This document shows, in pieces, positions 10,080-19,141 of a DNA stretch of 64,000 nt. This DNA comes from Pseudobacteriovorax sp. (GTDB lineage Bacteria > Bdellovibrionota_B > Oligoflexia > Oligoflexales > Oligoflexaceae), in NCBI GenBank assembly GCA_050293845.1, contig JBNKNM010000001.1, forward strand, positions 1 to 64,000, in the 5' to 3' direction. Numbering within the stretch: the stretch's first letter is position 1; the number at the start of each line of letters is the position of its first letter. The notes under the pieces were generated by a model that was given only the letters and a program-made list of their open reading frames with translations, ran no database searches and had not been told where the DNA came from. Both the position numbers and the translations under genes were made by a program.

Positions 10080-12188
10080 TTGGTTATCTATTATATCTAT
10101 GGTAGCTCAATCCTCGCCATGGCGGCAGCAGGATATTTTGCAAAATCTGTGACCAAGATTCAAATTGTCGGGGATACCCCTGAACAAGAATCGAAATTTC
10201 GAGAAATATCGGGCGCCATAGCTGAGGGAGCTATGGCTTTCCTTTCCCGTGAATACAAATATGTTGGCATGTTTGCCATCGCCTTTGCGGTATTTATGAC
10301 TTTAACTTTGGATCACGCCGCTACTCCCAATATTAACGAGGGATTATACAGCGCCCTGGCTTTTCTTATCGGAGCAGGAACATCAAGCCTTTCAGCTTTT
10401 TTAGGTATGAAGATCGCAACGATCGGTAATATCCGTACCACAATCCGTGCCAAGGTTGGACTATCCGAAGCTTTTGATGTCGCTTTTAAGTCTGGTGCCG
10501 TTATGGGATTTGGCCTAGTAGGCCTTGCTGTCCTAGGCCTTATCAGTATGTGTCTTGTTTATGGTCAATTTGTCCAGGATCATGAAGTTTTAATGGAACT
10601 AGTCGCTGGTTTTGGCCTGGGCGGCTCCACAGTAGCATTGTTTGGCCGTGTCGGAGGTGGTATCTATACTAAGGCGGCTGATGTTGGTGCGGATCTTGTT
10701 GGTAAAGTCGAGCAGGGAATTCCTGAAGATGATCCACGCAACCCTGCTGTTATCGCCGATAACGTTGGGGATAATGTTGGTGATATTGCTGGAATGGGCG
10801 CAGACTTGTTTGGATCGTGTGCCGAGGCTACTTGTGCCGCCTTAGTTATCGGTGCTACCTCAGCAGCTATTACAGGCAGTACTTTTGCACTATATTACCC
10901 CATCATGATATCTGCTGTCGGCATACCAGTAAGTCTTATCACATTATTTTTTGCTCGTTTGAAACCCGATGCCACTTCCGCCGAACCGGTCCTCAAGAAT
11001 CAACTGCTTATCTCAACAGTTTTGATGACCATTGCCATGGTTGCTATTACCAAGCTTGGTATGGTGCCTGAGTTTGTAATCAACGGCAAAACTGTGACGG
11101 ACAATGGTGTCCTTACCTCACTTTTGACAGGGCTTTGGTCAGGATTACTAATTGGTTATGTTACTGAATATTATACTTCCCATTCCTATAAACCCGTCCA
11201 AGAAGTAGCCCAAGCATCCAATACAGGACCAGCCACCAATATCATCTATGGACTCGCCCTCGGTTATAAAAGTGCTGTGGTTCCTGTTATAGCTATTGCT
11301 ATCACGACTTACGTATCGTGGACTGTTGCCGGTATGTATGGAATTGCTATCGCAGCTTTGGGAATGATTTCTACCATTGCCATTGGCCTCACCATAGACG
11401 CCTACGGTCCGGTTTCAGACAATGCAGGAGGTATCGCTGAAATGGCTGGGCTTGGCGAAGAAGTGCGCAACCGCACTGATCTTCTGGATGCTGCCGGCAA
11501 CACGACAGCTGCTATCGGTAAGGGCTTTGCCATTGGTTCGGCTGTATTAACAGCCTTAGCCCTATTTGCAGCTTTCCTTGTCAGATCCGAAATCAGTACC
11601 CTAGATCTATTATCGCCATTAGTGTTTGCAGGCCTATTGGTGGGTGGGGTTCTACCATTCCTTTTTACAGCACAAACAATGAAGGGGGTTGGGATTGCTG
11701 CCAATGCCATGATCGAAGAGGTTAGGCGTCAGTTCAGAGAGAAACCAGGGATTCTTAAGGGTACCGATAAACCCGATCACCGCCGTTGTGTTGAGATTTC
11801 AACAGGAGCTGCTATTAGGGAAATGATCGCTCCAGGTTTGCTCGTTATGGTTACCCCCCTTGTCGTTGGCTACCTATTTGGAGTTGAAGCTCTCGCTGGT
11901 CTTTTAGCAGGAGCCCTGGTCTCAGGCCTAGTTATGGCCCTTTCAGCATCGAACTCAGGGGGAGGATGGGATAACGCTAAAAAATATATTGAATCAGGAC
12001 ATCATGGTGGCAAAGGATCGGAAGCTCACAAAGCCGCGGTGGTGGGTGATACAGTAGGGGATCCCTTCAAAGATACTTCCGGACCTTCCATTAACATACT
12101 AATGAAACTAATGGCGATTCTCAGCTTAGTATTTGCCCCTTTCCTTGTCAGTCAAGGGGGAATACTATTAAAGTTCTTTGCTCCATAA
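10080..12188 (+). CDS. hppA: Membrane-bound K+-dependent H+-translocating pyrophosphatase
   Basis: [61 protein letters not shown] before the TTG start. Confidence 0.97.
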   Translation: MVIYYIYGSSILAMAAAGYFAKSVTKIQIVGDTPEQESKFREISGAIAEGAMAFLSREYKYVGMFAIAFAVFMTLTLDHAATPNINEGLYSALAFLIGAGTSSLSAFLGMKIATIGNIRTTIRAKVGLSEAFDVAFKSGAVMGFGLVGLAVLGLISMCLVYGQFVQDHEVLMELVAGFGLGGSTVALFGRVGGGIYTKAADVGADLVGKVEQGIPEDDPRNPAVIADNVGDNVGDIAGMGADLFGSCAEATCAALVIGATSAAITGSTFALYYPIMISAVGIPVSLITLFFARLKPDATSAEPVLKNQLLISTVLMTIAMVAITKLGMVPEFVINGKTVTDNGVLTSLLTGLWSGLLIGYVTEYYTSHSYKPVQEVAQASNTGPATNIIYGLALGYKSAVVPVIAIAITTYVSWTVAGMYGIAIAALGMISTIAIGLTIDAYGPVSDNAGGIAEMAGLGEEVRNRTDLLDAAGNTTAAIGKGFAIGSAVLTALALFAAFLVRSEISTLDLLSPLVFAGLLVGGVLPFLFTAQTMKGVGIAANAMIEEVRRQFREKPGILKGTDKPDHRRCVEISTGAAIREMIAPGLLVMVTPLVVGYLFGVEALAGLLAGALVSGLVMALSASNSGGGWDNAKKYIESGHHGGKGSEAHKAAVVGDTVGDPFKDTSGPSINILMKLMAILSLVFAPFLVSQGGILLKFFAP

Positions 12189-12193
12189 GATCG

Positions 12194-12215
12194 ATGGGTC
12201 GCGATAGCGACCCAT
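12194..12215. terminator. Hairpin between convergent hppA and the ECF-like gene (possible terminator or stabiliser)
   Basis: ATGGGTCGC-GATA-GCGACCCAT, a perfect 9-bp stem 5 nt after the hppA stop. No clear U-tract. Confidence 0.5.
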
Positions 12216-12235
12216 TACCGTATAAAAGCTTAAAA

Positions 12236-12886
12236 TCAGCCAAAATAAACATAATAATAAAGTGCCAATGCAATCAGAAACAACCATATGGTAGTTTTCA
12301 GCAGCCTCAACCGCTCTGTTCTTTCCAGCCTTATTATTTTACTAATGGCAATAGTCGACATAGCTTCGACATCCTGAATCTGAAACAACGGGAGCTGCTT
12401 CATACTTTGCGTTGCAAAATTGGGGAATTGCTTTCGAATATTCAGAACACCATGGTTAATGAGATCTTGTACCATCGGTAACGATTTACTGGTAATTAAA
12501 GCTATATCTGATGCTTGAAAGCCATAACGAAATTTTAAAAATATAGCCTCCCTTTGAAAAGGCCCAAAAGTCGAGATAAACCCTTCCAATTCCCGTAGCT
12601 GACCTGTGTCATTTATACCACGATAGGCCTGTTCCATAAGCTCCTTAGGAACTCTATGCCATCTATCAGCGCAAAAACTTCGAGCCGTTCGATAGAGTAA
12701 GAGACGTAGATTTAAAGCATCTGTCACCTGTCCTCGAAACTTTAGTGTCACCGCCTGCATGACTTCGAGCAAGGTTGTGGAAGCGGGATCAGGATCTCCA
12801 GTCATCCTAACTAGATAATCGTAGAGCAAAGGCTTTTCCAGCTCAAACCATTGAACCTGATCGATGGGCTTCTCAGGATTGTTCAT
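12236..12886 (-). CDS. ECF sigma factor-like protein with C-terminal transmembrane helix
   Basis: Sigma2-like LYDYLVRMTGD...LLLYRTARSFCADRW, sigma4-like QREAIFLKFRYGFQASDIA, hydrophobic tail TIWLFLIALALYYYVYFG. Start placed at ATG 12886 (GTG 12895 is an alternative). Confidence 0.65.
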   Translation of the reverse strand: MNNPEKPIDQVQWFELEKPLLYDYLVRMTGDPDPASTTLLEVMQAVTLKFRGQVTDALNLRLLLYRTARSFCADRWHRVPKELMEQAYRGINDTGQLRELEGFISTFGPFQREAIFLKFRYGFQASDIALITSKSLPMVQDLINHGVLNIRKQFPNFATQSMKQLPLFQIQDVEAMSTIAISKIIRLERTERLRLLKTTIWLFLIALALYYYVYFG

Positions 12887-14150
12887 GAGATCCACTTTCT
12901 AAACCGAGTCCGAAATTTACAATTAAGGCTAACACCATTATATAAGGAACCGCTATGTAAATGACACGACTCAGGTCTTGCATACTATCTCCCATCGACC
13001 AACTCAATGTTCCCCCTGTAGCGAGGGCAACATGCAGCAAGACATAGCGTTTAGCAGCTTTTTGAATAGCAGGACTGCACCTTATGACCTTACCCTTGAT
13101 CAACAAATAAATTCCTAGTATAGCGAAAATAATATCAGTCGGTAGAAAAAATATCATGTTGAGATTGTGATGCAGATCTTCATGCCCAGAAAATAGCCAG
13201 TTGAGAGGCATAATCAGTCCACAAATCCCTAAAAAGCCTACCAAAGGCACCGCGGTTACTCCTAAGAGTCGTAAACCAAAGCGTTCGATAGATCCGGTTA
13301 TTCTCTGTTGACGATATTTTTGCCAAGCTACTTTCTGAAGTAAATAAATAGTTACCCCTATGGGTATCAGCAACACAGCCCCCAGTATGATAAAAATATG
13401 AGACGTTCCTTTTGGTCCGGGAAAATCGACAAGAACTTTGCTATGAGAGATAAACGGCTGCCCCTCTACTTGCAACTTTAACAGCTCCTTACGGAGCTCC
13501 AAGGGATGAAACATGGTCTCCCAACGAGTCATCGGTCGATCAATCCGCCCGTTCATACCTATTTCCAGTAGTAGATCCATTTCCGGATTATACTGATAAC
13601 CTTCTCGAACCATATCTCGAAAAGTCTTTTGGATAGTACCCTGAACCTCCGTCTTTAGTCTTCCTCCTAAGGCAAGATCTATAAAATCACGAGGGCGTGT
13701 AGAACAATTATCGAAAAAGTATTGATAAGCATAGTTGCGGTTTTCCGGCTGAGCATTCCAGCGAATTTTAGCTAAAAAAAGCTTTTTCTGTTGCGGGGTG
13801 AAGTCCAACCGATCTTCCCAAACTTTACGCTTTTCATAGCGATAGGCACGAAGGGCATGATGTGTGGCATAGACACCTAGCTTGTAAATGAGGTTACCAC
13901 GATAGAAATTTATGGAAAAACTTAGGGGCTCTGCAAAATCAAAAAAACCCCAATTATAAACCAGGTCAGTACCACGATTGCGATCTTTAATCCTGATCGC
14001 TGTATGCCCGAAATTGTTATAAATTAAATTACCCACATTTACAGTATGCAGGTAAATATCCACTTTGCTAAGATCTTCACTGCTCGATTCGGGTAGGGCC
14101 ATCAAGGACCGGCTGATAAAAAAAATAAAAACCACCCACAACAATCTCAT
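12873..14150 (-). CDS. DUF4105 (Lnb_N) membrane protein, Lnb-like lipoprotein N-acyltransferase candidate
   Basis: Signal peptide; FGHTAIRI, VYNWGFFDF, YAYQYFFDNCSTRPRD; about 5 C-terminal TM helices. Confidence 0.8.
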   Translation of the reverse strand: MRLLWVVFIFFISRSLMALPESSSEDLSKVDIYLHTVNVGNLIYNNFGHTAIRIKDRNRGTDLVYNWGFFDFAEPLSFSINFYRGNLIYKLGVYATHHALRAYRYEKRKVWEDRLDFTPQQKKLFLAKIRWNAQPENRNYAYQYFFDNCSTRPRDFIDLALGGRLKTEVQGTIQKTFRDMVREGYQYNPEMDLLLEIGMNGRIDRPMTRWETMFHPLELRKELLKLQVEGQPFISHSKVLVDFPGPKGTSHIFIILGAVLLIPIGVTIYLLQKVAWQKYRQQRITGSIERFGLRLLGVTAVPLVGFLGICGLIMPLNWLFSGHEDLHHNLNMIFFLPTDIIFAILGIYLLIKGKVIRCSPAIQKAAKRYVLLHVALATGGTLSWSMGDSMQDLSRVIYIAVPYIMVLALIVNFGLGLESGSHEQS

Positions 14151-14176
14151 CCTGCGCCCTCTCTACACTCAAAAGC

Positions 14177-14665
14177 TCACTTAGCTCCTTGCTGCTTTTT
14201 TAACGCGAGCCGGGCTGTTTTTCTAGCCTCTGCATCCTCAAAACGACGTTTGTCCTCCTGGTTTTCCACAAGAAGAGAGCGCATTGTGGTAGGCCGCCCC
14301 ATTCCATCAAGGGCAACCATAGTTACATAAGCGGAAGCGGTATGAAAAATTTCACCTGATTTGGGGTTTTCTGCCATCACTTTGACACCAACCTCGCAAC
14401 TACTTTTCCAAACATTATTAACACGCGCATAAAGCTTGAGAATCCAGCCTAATCGGACAGGCGCACGAAACTGCATGGCATCCACCGAAGCCGTAACAAC
14501 TTGTTTACCGGCATGTCTCTGGGCACAAATAGCTGCTGCAATATCGACCCAAGACATGACCATTCCCCCAAAAACAGTACCAAGTTCATTGGTATGCTGG
14601 GGAAGAACAAGTTCTGTCATGATAGTCTCACTTTGGGAGGGTACCTTTGGTTCAAGCTGCTGCAA
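14177..14665 (-). CDS. Acyl-CoA thioesterase (YciA-type hotdog fold)
   Basis: VLPQHTNELGTVFGGMVMSWVDIAA, VVTASVD, SCEVGVKV. Confidence 0.92.
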   Translation of the reverse strand: MQQLEPKVPSQSETIMTELVLPQHTNELGTVFGGMVMSWVDIAAAICAQRHAGKQVVTASVDAMQFRAPVRLGWILKLYARVNNVWKSSCEVGVKVMAENPKSGEIFHTASAYVTMVALDGMGRPTTMRSLLVENQEDKRRFEDAEARKTARLALKKQQGAK

Positions 14666-14696
14666 GGAATTTTCCTTTCTCTAGGTTCTTAGGACT

Positions 14697-15704
14697 CTAG
14701 ACATAACTACTGGCCACCATGGCAACTTTGTTTTTGCCACTGCGCTTGCTTTTATACATACAGTCATCGGCTAATTGCAGCAATTGCTCTTTCTCCATAC
14801 TATGTGTAGGGCAGCATGCTATACCGATAGAAGCCGTCAACTTAGCCGTTCCCTGAGGCCCCACAGCGAAATCGTGGGCCGCGATGCGTGCCCTAAGACG
14901 CTCGGCTACACGGGTGGCCTTATTGGGTTCAGCTTCCAACAATAAAATAACAAACTCATCCCCCCCGTAGCGAAATATACTATCCACATTACGCAATTCA
15001 AATTGCAGTAGTCGCGCTAACTGTCTAAGAACATTACTCCCTACCAAGTGGCCATAGCTATCATTAATTGGCTTAAAACTATCTAAATCGATAAACAAAA
15101 GACTAAATGCTGTCTGATACCTCTGGACACGCTTGATCTCATTTTCCAGGCATATTTCTAGATAGCGATAATTATATAGGTTAGTAAGGTCATCCCGATA
15201 AAGTAGCTCTTGGGAGTTGCGGAAGCGACAACACCACACAGAAAACTGCTCGGTAACCATAAAAATTTGCTCTAGCAAGCTAGATATGGGGGATACAGTT
15301 AAACCCTCATCGACCCAAAAAAGAGCCCCCACCGGTTGATATCCATTGGTAAAAAACCGGAACTGATAATTCGATTCCTGGATACACAGAAGGTGGTTCA
15401 CCTCGGTATCAACTTGCTCTTCCGGATATGAATAGAGGACCCGACTAATATCATCCAAAATTGTTGGCTCCACCATGGGATCGGCAATCAGCAACTTTTG
15501 GTCGGTACGCAAATGCCCATGCACCGTTCTGAGTCCAAGAAAAAAGGGCCGGCTAAAGGAGAAATACTGGCACAAAATTTCTGTCAGCATCAAAAAAAGG
15601 TTTTCTACGCTATTTTGACTACCCAACTTCTTTGTCAGTTCCTGGAACAATTGACCAGACTCTTCAGGTGCGGCTCTCGTTTTCAGAGCAAGCTGCCTTT
15701 TCAT
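14697..15704 (-). CDS. Diguanylate cyclase (GGDEF)
   Basis: DDLTNLYN, FIDLDSFKPINDSYGH, I-site RNVD five residues before RYGGDEF. Confidence 0.92.
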   Translation of the reverse strand: MKRQLALKTRAAPEESGQLFQELTKKLGSQNSVENLFLMLTEILCQYFSFSRPFFLGLRTVHGHLRTDQKLLIADPMVEPTILDDISRVLYSYPEEQVDTEVNHLLCIQESNYQFRFFTNGYQPVGALFWVDEGLTVSPISSLLEQIFMVTEQFSVWCCRFRNSQELLYRDDLTNLYNYRYLEICLENEIKRVQRYQTAFSLLFIDLDSFKPINDSYGHLVGSNVLRQLARLLQFELRNVDSIFRYGGDEFVILLLEAEPNKATRVAERLRARIAAHDFAVGPQGTAKLTASIGIACCPTHSMEKEQLLQLADDCMYKSKRSGKNKVAMVASSYV

Positions 15705-15715
15705 GAAACACCTCC

Positions 15716-16561
15716 CTACTCACGATAGAAAAGGAACTCGTTGATCTGTTGGCCGTACAGTAAGTACATCATGGCACCAAGCGATAAAAAAGGACCAAAT
15801 GGAATTTTTACTTTCAAGTTAAACGACCTAGTAGCTATTATAACACCAATTCCCACAATTGCTCCTGATATGGAACCGATAAATAGGGTTGGGATTATCG
15901 ACTGATAGCCTAACCAGCCCCCAATAGCTGCAAGTAGCTTTACGTCTCCCATGCCAAGACCAACATCCTTTCTCAGGTAATAATAAGCAATAGCAGTCAA
16001 GTAGAGGCTTCCCCCACCGGCTACCACCCCAACTAGGGCCGATACCCAATCTAGCTCGGGATGAAAAAAAACCACAGCAGGGGTCAAAGCTAACATTGGT
16101 AGTGAAAGCACGTCGGGGATAATTTGTAGGTGTAGATCGATGACACTGCAGATAAACAGCAGACTAAAAAATGCAACTCCATGAAAATATCTAATAGTTT
16201 CAGCTGCATCTAGTACCAAGCCCTGATCATAACGCACTATAAAAGGAAATTCCCAATAGATGGCAACAAACGCTATGGCGGTAGCTAATTCTACGAGGGG
16301 ATACTGAATAGAAATAGGTTTTCCACAACAGGCTGACTTCCCCCTAAGAAACAGCCAAGACAAAATGGGTAAGTTATGCCATAAAGGAATGACTTGCTGA
16401 CAGTGGGGACAATGGGATCTTTGGCTATGCCAAAAAGATCTTTTGGGAATCCGATAAATGCAAACATTAAAAAAGCTTCCCATACAAGCACCCAATATAA
16501 ACGAGATCCAAGTAATTGGACTTGTTAAATAGGGCACTAAGACAGTAAAAAGACTTTGCAT
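15716..16561 (-). CDS. pilD: Prepilin peptidase / N-methyltransferase (A24A)
   Basis: GSFFNVCIYRIP, SHCPHC, VIDL...IPD, GLGMGDVKL, IPFGPFL. Confidence 0.95.
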   Translation of the reverse strand: MQSLFTVLVPYLTSPITWISFILGACMGSFFNVCIYRIPKRSFWHSQRSHCPHCQQVIPLWHNLPILSWLFLRGKSACCGKPISIQYPLVELATAIAFVAIYWEFPFIVRYDQGLVLDAAETIRYFHGVAFFSLLFICSVIDLHLQIIPDVLSLPMLALTPAVVFFHPELDWVSALVGVVAGGGSLYLTAIAYYYLRKDVGLGMGDVKLLAAIGGWLGYQSIIPTLFIGSISGAIVGIGVIIATRSFNLKVKIPFGPFLSLGAMMYLLYGQQINEFLFYRE

Positions 16562-16689
16562 GTGAGGTCCTTGTCAGTCAATATTGCGTATTAATAAGCC
16601 GAAAAAGCTGACTGAGCTGCCCATAAAGGTCTCAACTCAATATCAGGCAGCTATAGCTGATTTAGCTTTATAAAGTCTTAAGGAATGCG

Positions 16690-19125
16690 ATGAAACCTAT
16701 CGTTCTTGAAAAACTTCAGTGGAAAACCCTCTTAAACAAATTAGCTCGCTATGCCCAGACAACAGAAGGTTTCGAGCGTTGTACCCAATTACAGCCCAAC
16801 TTAGACCACACGGCAATAGCAAAACGCTGGTCAGAGGCTGAGCCACTTAAGAATCTCATCCGAACCGGCTATGTTCCTCCCATTGGCGAAACCCCAGTTC
16901 TCAGTCCCATTTTTAGAGCTTTATCTTTGGGACAGACCCTTGATGGTGAGTCTTTACGCAATATCTACGTACTACTACAGACCGTAAAAGGTGTCCAAAA
17001 ATTCACCCGCGACTTCTCTGAAAAGTGTTCCACACTAGTTAGGTATAATAGCATACTTTATCCTCTGCCACGCCTAAGCTTAGCCATTGAAAAAGCTATC
17101 AGCCCCGAAGGAGACATTCTCGATACCGCTTCGCCAAAACTCTTGGAGATCAGACATAAAAAGCTATCTTTACGTAAAACCATTGAGTCTTCGATTAAGC
17201 AGTTACTCAGCGACAATGAATTAGAAACATATCTTCAGGACAAATTTTTTACAGTTCGATCAGAACGCTATGTGATCCCTATTAGACTTGACGGCAGGGG
17301 CCGGGTTAAGGGCTCCATTCAAGATACCTCAGACAGCGGCCAGACGCTTTTCATTGAACCTGAAAGCATTAAGGGGCACAACGATAAACTTTTGGAGCTT
17401 GAACTTAATGAAAAGCTAGAAATTCTTAGGATTTTTCGCGATCTTAGCCAACAAGCTAGTAATGAGTTAGAAACCTTAACAGGTAATTATGATGCCTTAA
17501 TAGATCTTGATGAATTAACAGCTCAGTCGCGTCTAGCCTTTGAAATTGATGCCTGTGCTGTCCACCTGAGCCAGGAGCCATGTCTACATTTGGTGGCAGC
17601 CCGACACCCCTTAGTAAGTCATCCTAGCGGAGACAAAGTGGTGGCAAATACCATCACTTTAAATCCAAAACAAAAAATACTGATCGTATCAGGGCCCAAT
17701 GCCGGGGGTAAAACGGTAGTGCTGAAAACTGTGGGTATTATACATTTAATGGCGAAAGCTGGCCTTTTAATTCCAGCAGATTCAAGCACAAAAGTATTTC
17801 TCCCCCAAGAAATATTTATCGAAATGGGAGACGCGCAAAGTATAGAGTCTAATCTGTCAACCTTTTCGGGACATGTACTAGGGTTAAAACCCATTCTGGA
17901 ACAGTCATCACCCCACGACCTTGTCTTACTTGATGAATTGGCTGTGGGCACTGAACCGCAAACGGGCTCAGCTATTGGCCAAGCTGTACTAGAGGAAATA
18001 GCTCGTCGACAAGCGACGGCGATTGTTACCACACACTTTGACAACCTTAAAGGTTTGGCAATCAAGGATAATAGATTTCGTAATGGTTCTATGGAGTTTT
18101 CGAAGTCAACCCTTAAACCCTCTTATCGGCTCACTTTAGATATACCAGGACAGAGCCGTGGGCTTGATGTTGCCGAACAAATGGGCCTTCCCAGCAAGGT
18201 CGTGGACAGAGCCAAAGAGCTGCGGGGTAATTTTACAACCGAATTTGACTCCGTCATCGACGATATGTTGGCAGCCAAAGAGGAAGCGCGCAAATCTGCC
18301 CTTGAATATGAGCGCTTGCGTTTAGACATGGAAGCTCAAAAAGGGCGCTGGGAGCAAGAGCGGGATGAGTTGCAAAAAACTAAAGCGAAGGTTTCTGATC
18401 GCATCAAGAATATGTATGAAGCGAAAATCGAAAAGCTCAAAGGTGAGTTTCATACTAGCTTAGAGAATTTTAAATCTTCAGTAAAAAAGGCTAATAAAGA
18501 CGATAGCTTAGCTATTAGGGATACAGCTCTTACCCATAAGCGCGAAGCTGAAACTAAGTTGGCTGGCCTTGAAGATAGCCTGCAAAAGTTGGGGGATGAA
18601 TTTAAAATCCAGCAGGAAATGCCAGGAAAACCGGCCAATATCACCGATCTCAGTGTTGGTTCAAAAGTCTATGTGGTTTCATTCCAACGCGAAGCTACAG
18701 TCACAAAGGTTCAGGTTGATCCTCCCCAGGTTGAAGTTTCCATGGGCCTTATAAAAGTGAAACCTGCAACCCAAGACTTAAGGATACTAGTTACCCCTAA
18801 AGTAAAAAAAACCAAATCAACAAAACCCAAACCCCATAAACCTAGTGAGCAAAAAGTTCCATTTGTAGTTCCCGGCCTCACAAATAGTCTGGATTTACGA
18901 GGTCACGATGCAGATCGATCCCTAGAAAAAACTTGGGATTTTATCGATAAGGCAGTGCTCAGGGGAGAAACCTCCCTTATCATCATTCATGGACACGGCA
19001 CTGATAAGTTAAAGAAAACCATTCGTACGGCACTTGCAAAAGAGTCTCCTTATGCGCTGGACTTTAGACCTGGCGAAAGTGAAGAAGGTGGCGATGGCGT
19101 AACAGTTGTACACTTAAGAGTTTAA
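16690..19125 (+). CDS. mutS2: MutS2 family protein with Smr domain
   Basis: SGQTLFIEP, Walker A SGPNAGGKT, LSTFSGH, LLDELAVGT, TTH, coiled coil, Smr LDLRG...IIHGHGT...GGDGVTVV. Confidence 0.96.
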   Translation: MKPIVLEKLQWKTLLNKLARYAQTTEGFERCTQLQPNLDHTAIAKRWSEAEPLKNLIRTGYVPPIGETPVLSPIFRALSLGQTLDGESLRNIYVLLQTVKGVQKFTRDFSEKCSTLVRYNSILYPLPRLSLAIEKAISPEGDILDTASPKLLEIRHKKLSLRKTIESSIKQLLSDNELETYLQDKFFTVRSERYVIPIRLDGRGRVKGSIQDTSDSGQTLFIEPESIKGHNDKLLELELNEKLEILRIFRDLSQQASNELETLTGNYDALIDLDELTAQSRLAFEIDACAVHLSQEPCLHLVAARHPLVSHPSGDKVVANTITLNPKQKILIVSGPNAGGKTVVLKTVGIIHLMAKAGLLIPADSSTKVFLPQEIFIEMGDAQSIESNLSTFSGHVLGLKPILEQSSPHDLVLLDELAVGTEPQTGSAIGQAVLEEIARRQATAIVTTHFDNLKGLAIKDNRFRNGSMEFSKSTLKPSYRLTLDIPGQSRGLDVAEQMGLPSKVVDRAKELRGNFTTEFDSVIDDMLAAKEEARKSALEYERLRLDMEAQKGRWEQERDELQKTKAKVSDRIKNMYEAKIEKLKGEFHTSLENFKSSVKKANKDDSLAIRDTALTHKREAETKLAGLEDSLQKLGDEFKIQQEMPGKPANITDLSVGSKVYVVSFQREATVTKVQVDPPQVEVSMGLIKVKPATQDLRILVTPKVKKTKSTKPKPHKPSEQKVPFVVPGLTNSLDLRGHDADRSLEKTWDFIDKAVLRGETSLIIIHGHGTDKLKKTIRTALAKESPYALDFRPGESEEGGDGVTVVHLRV

Positions 19126-19141
19126 AGACTTAGGAGGTCAT

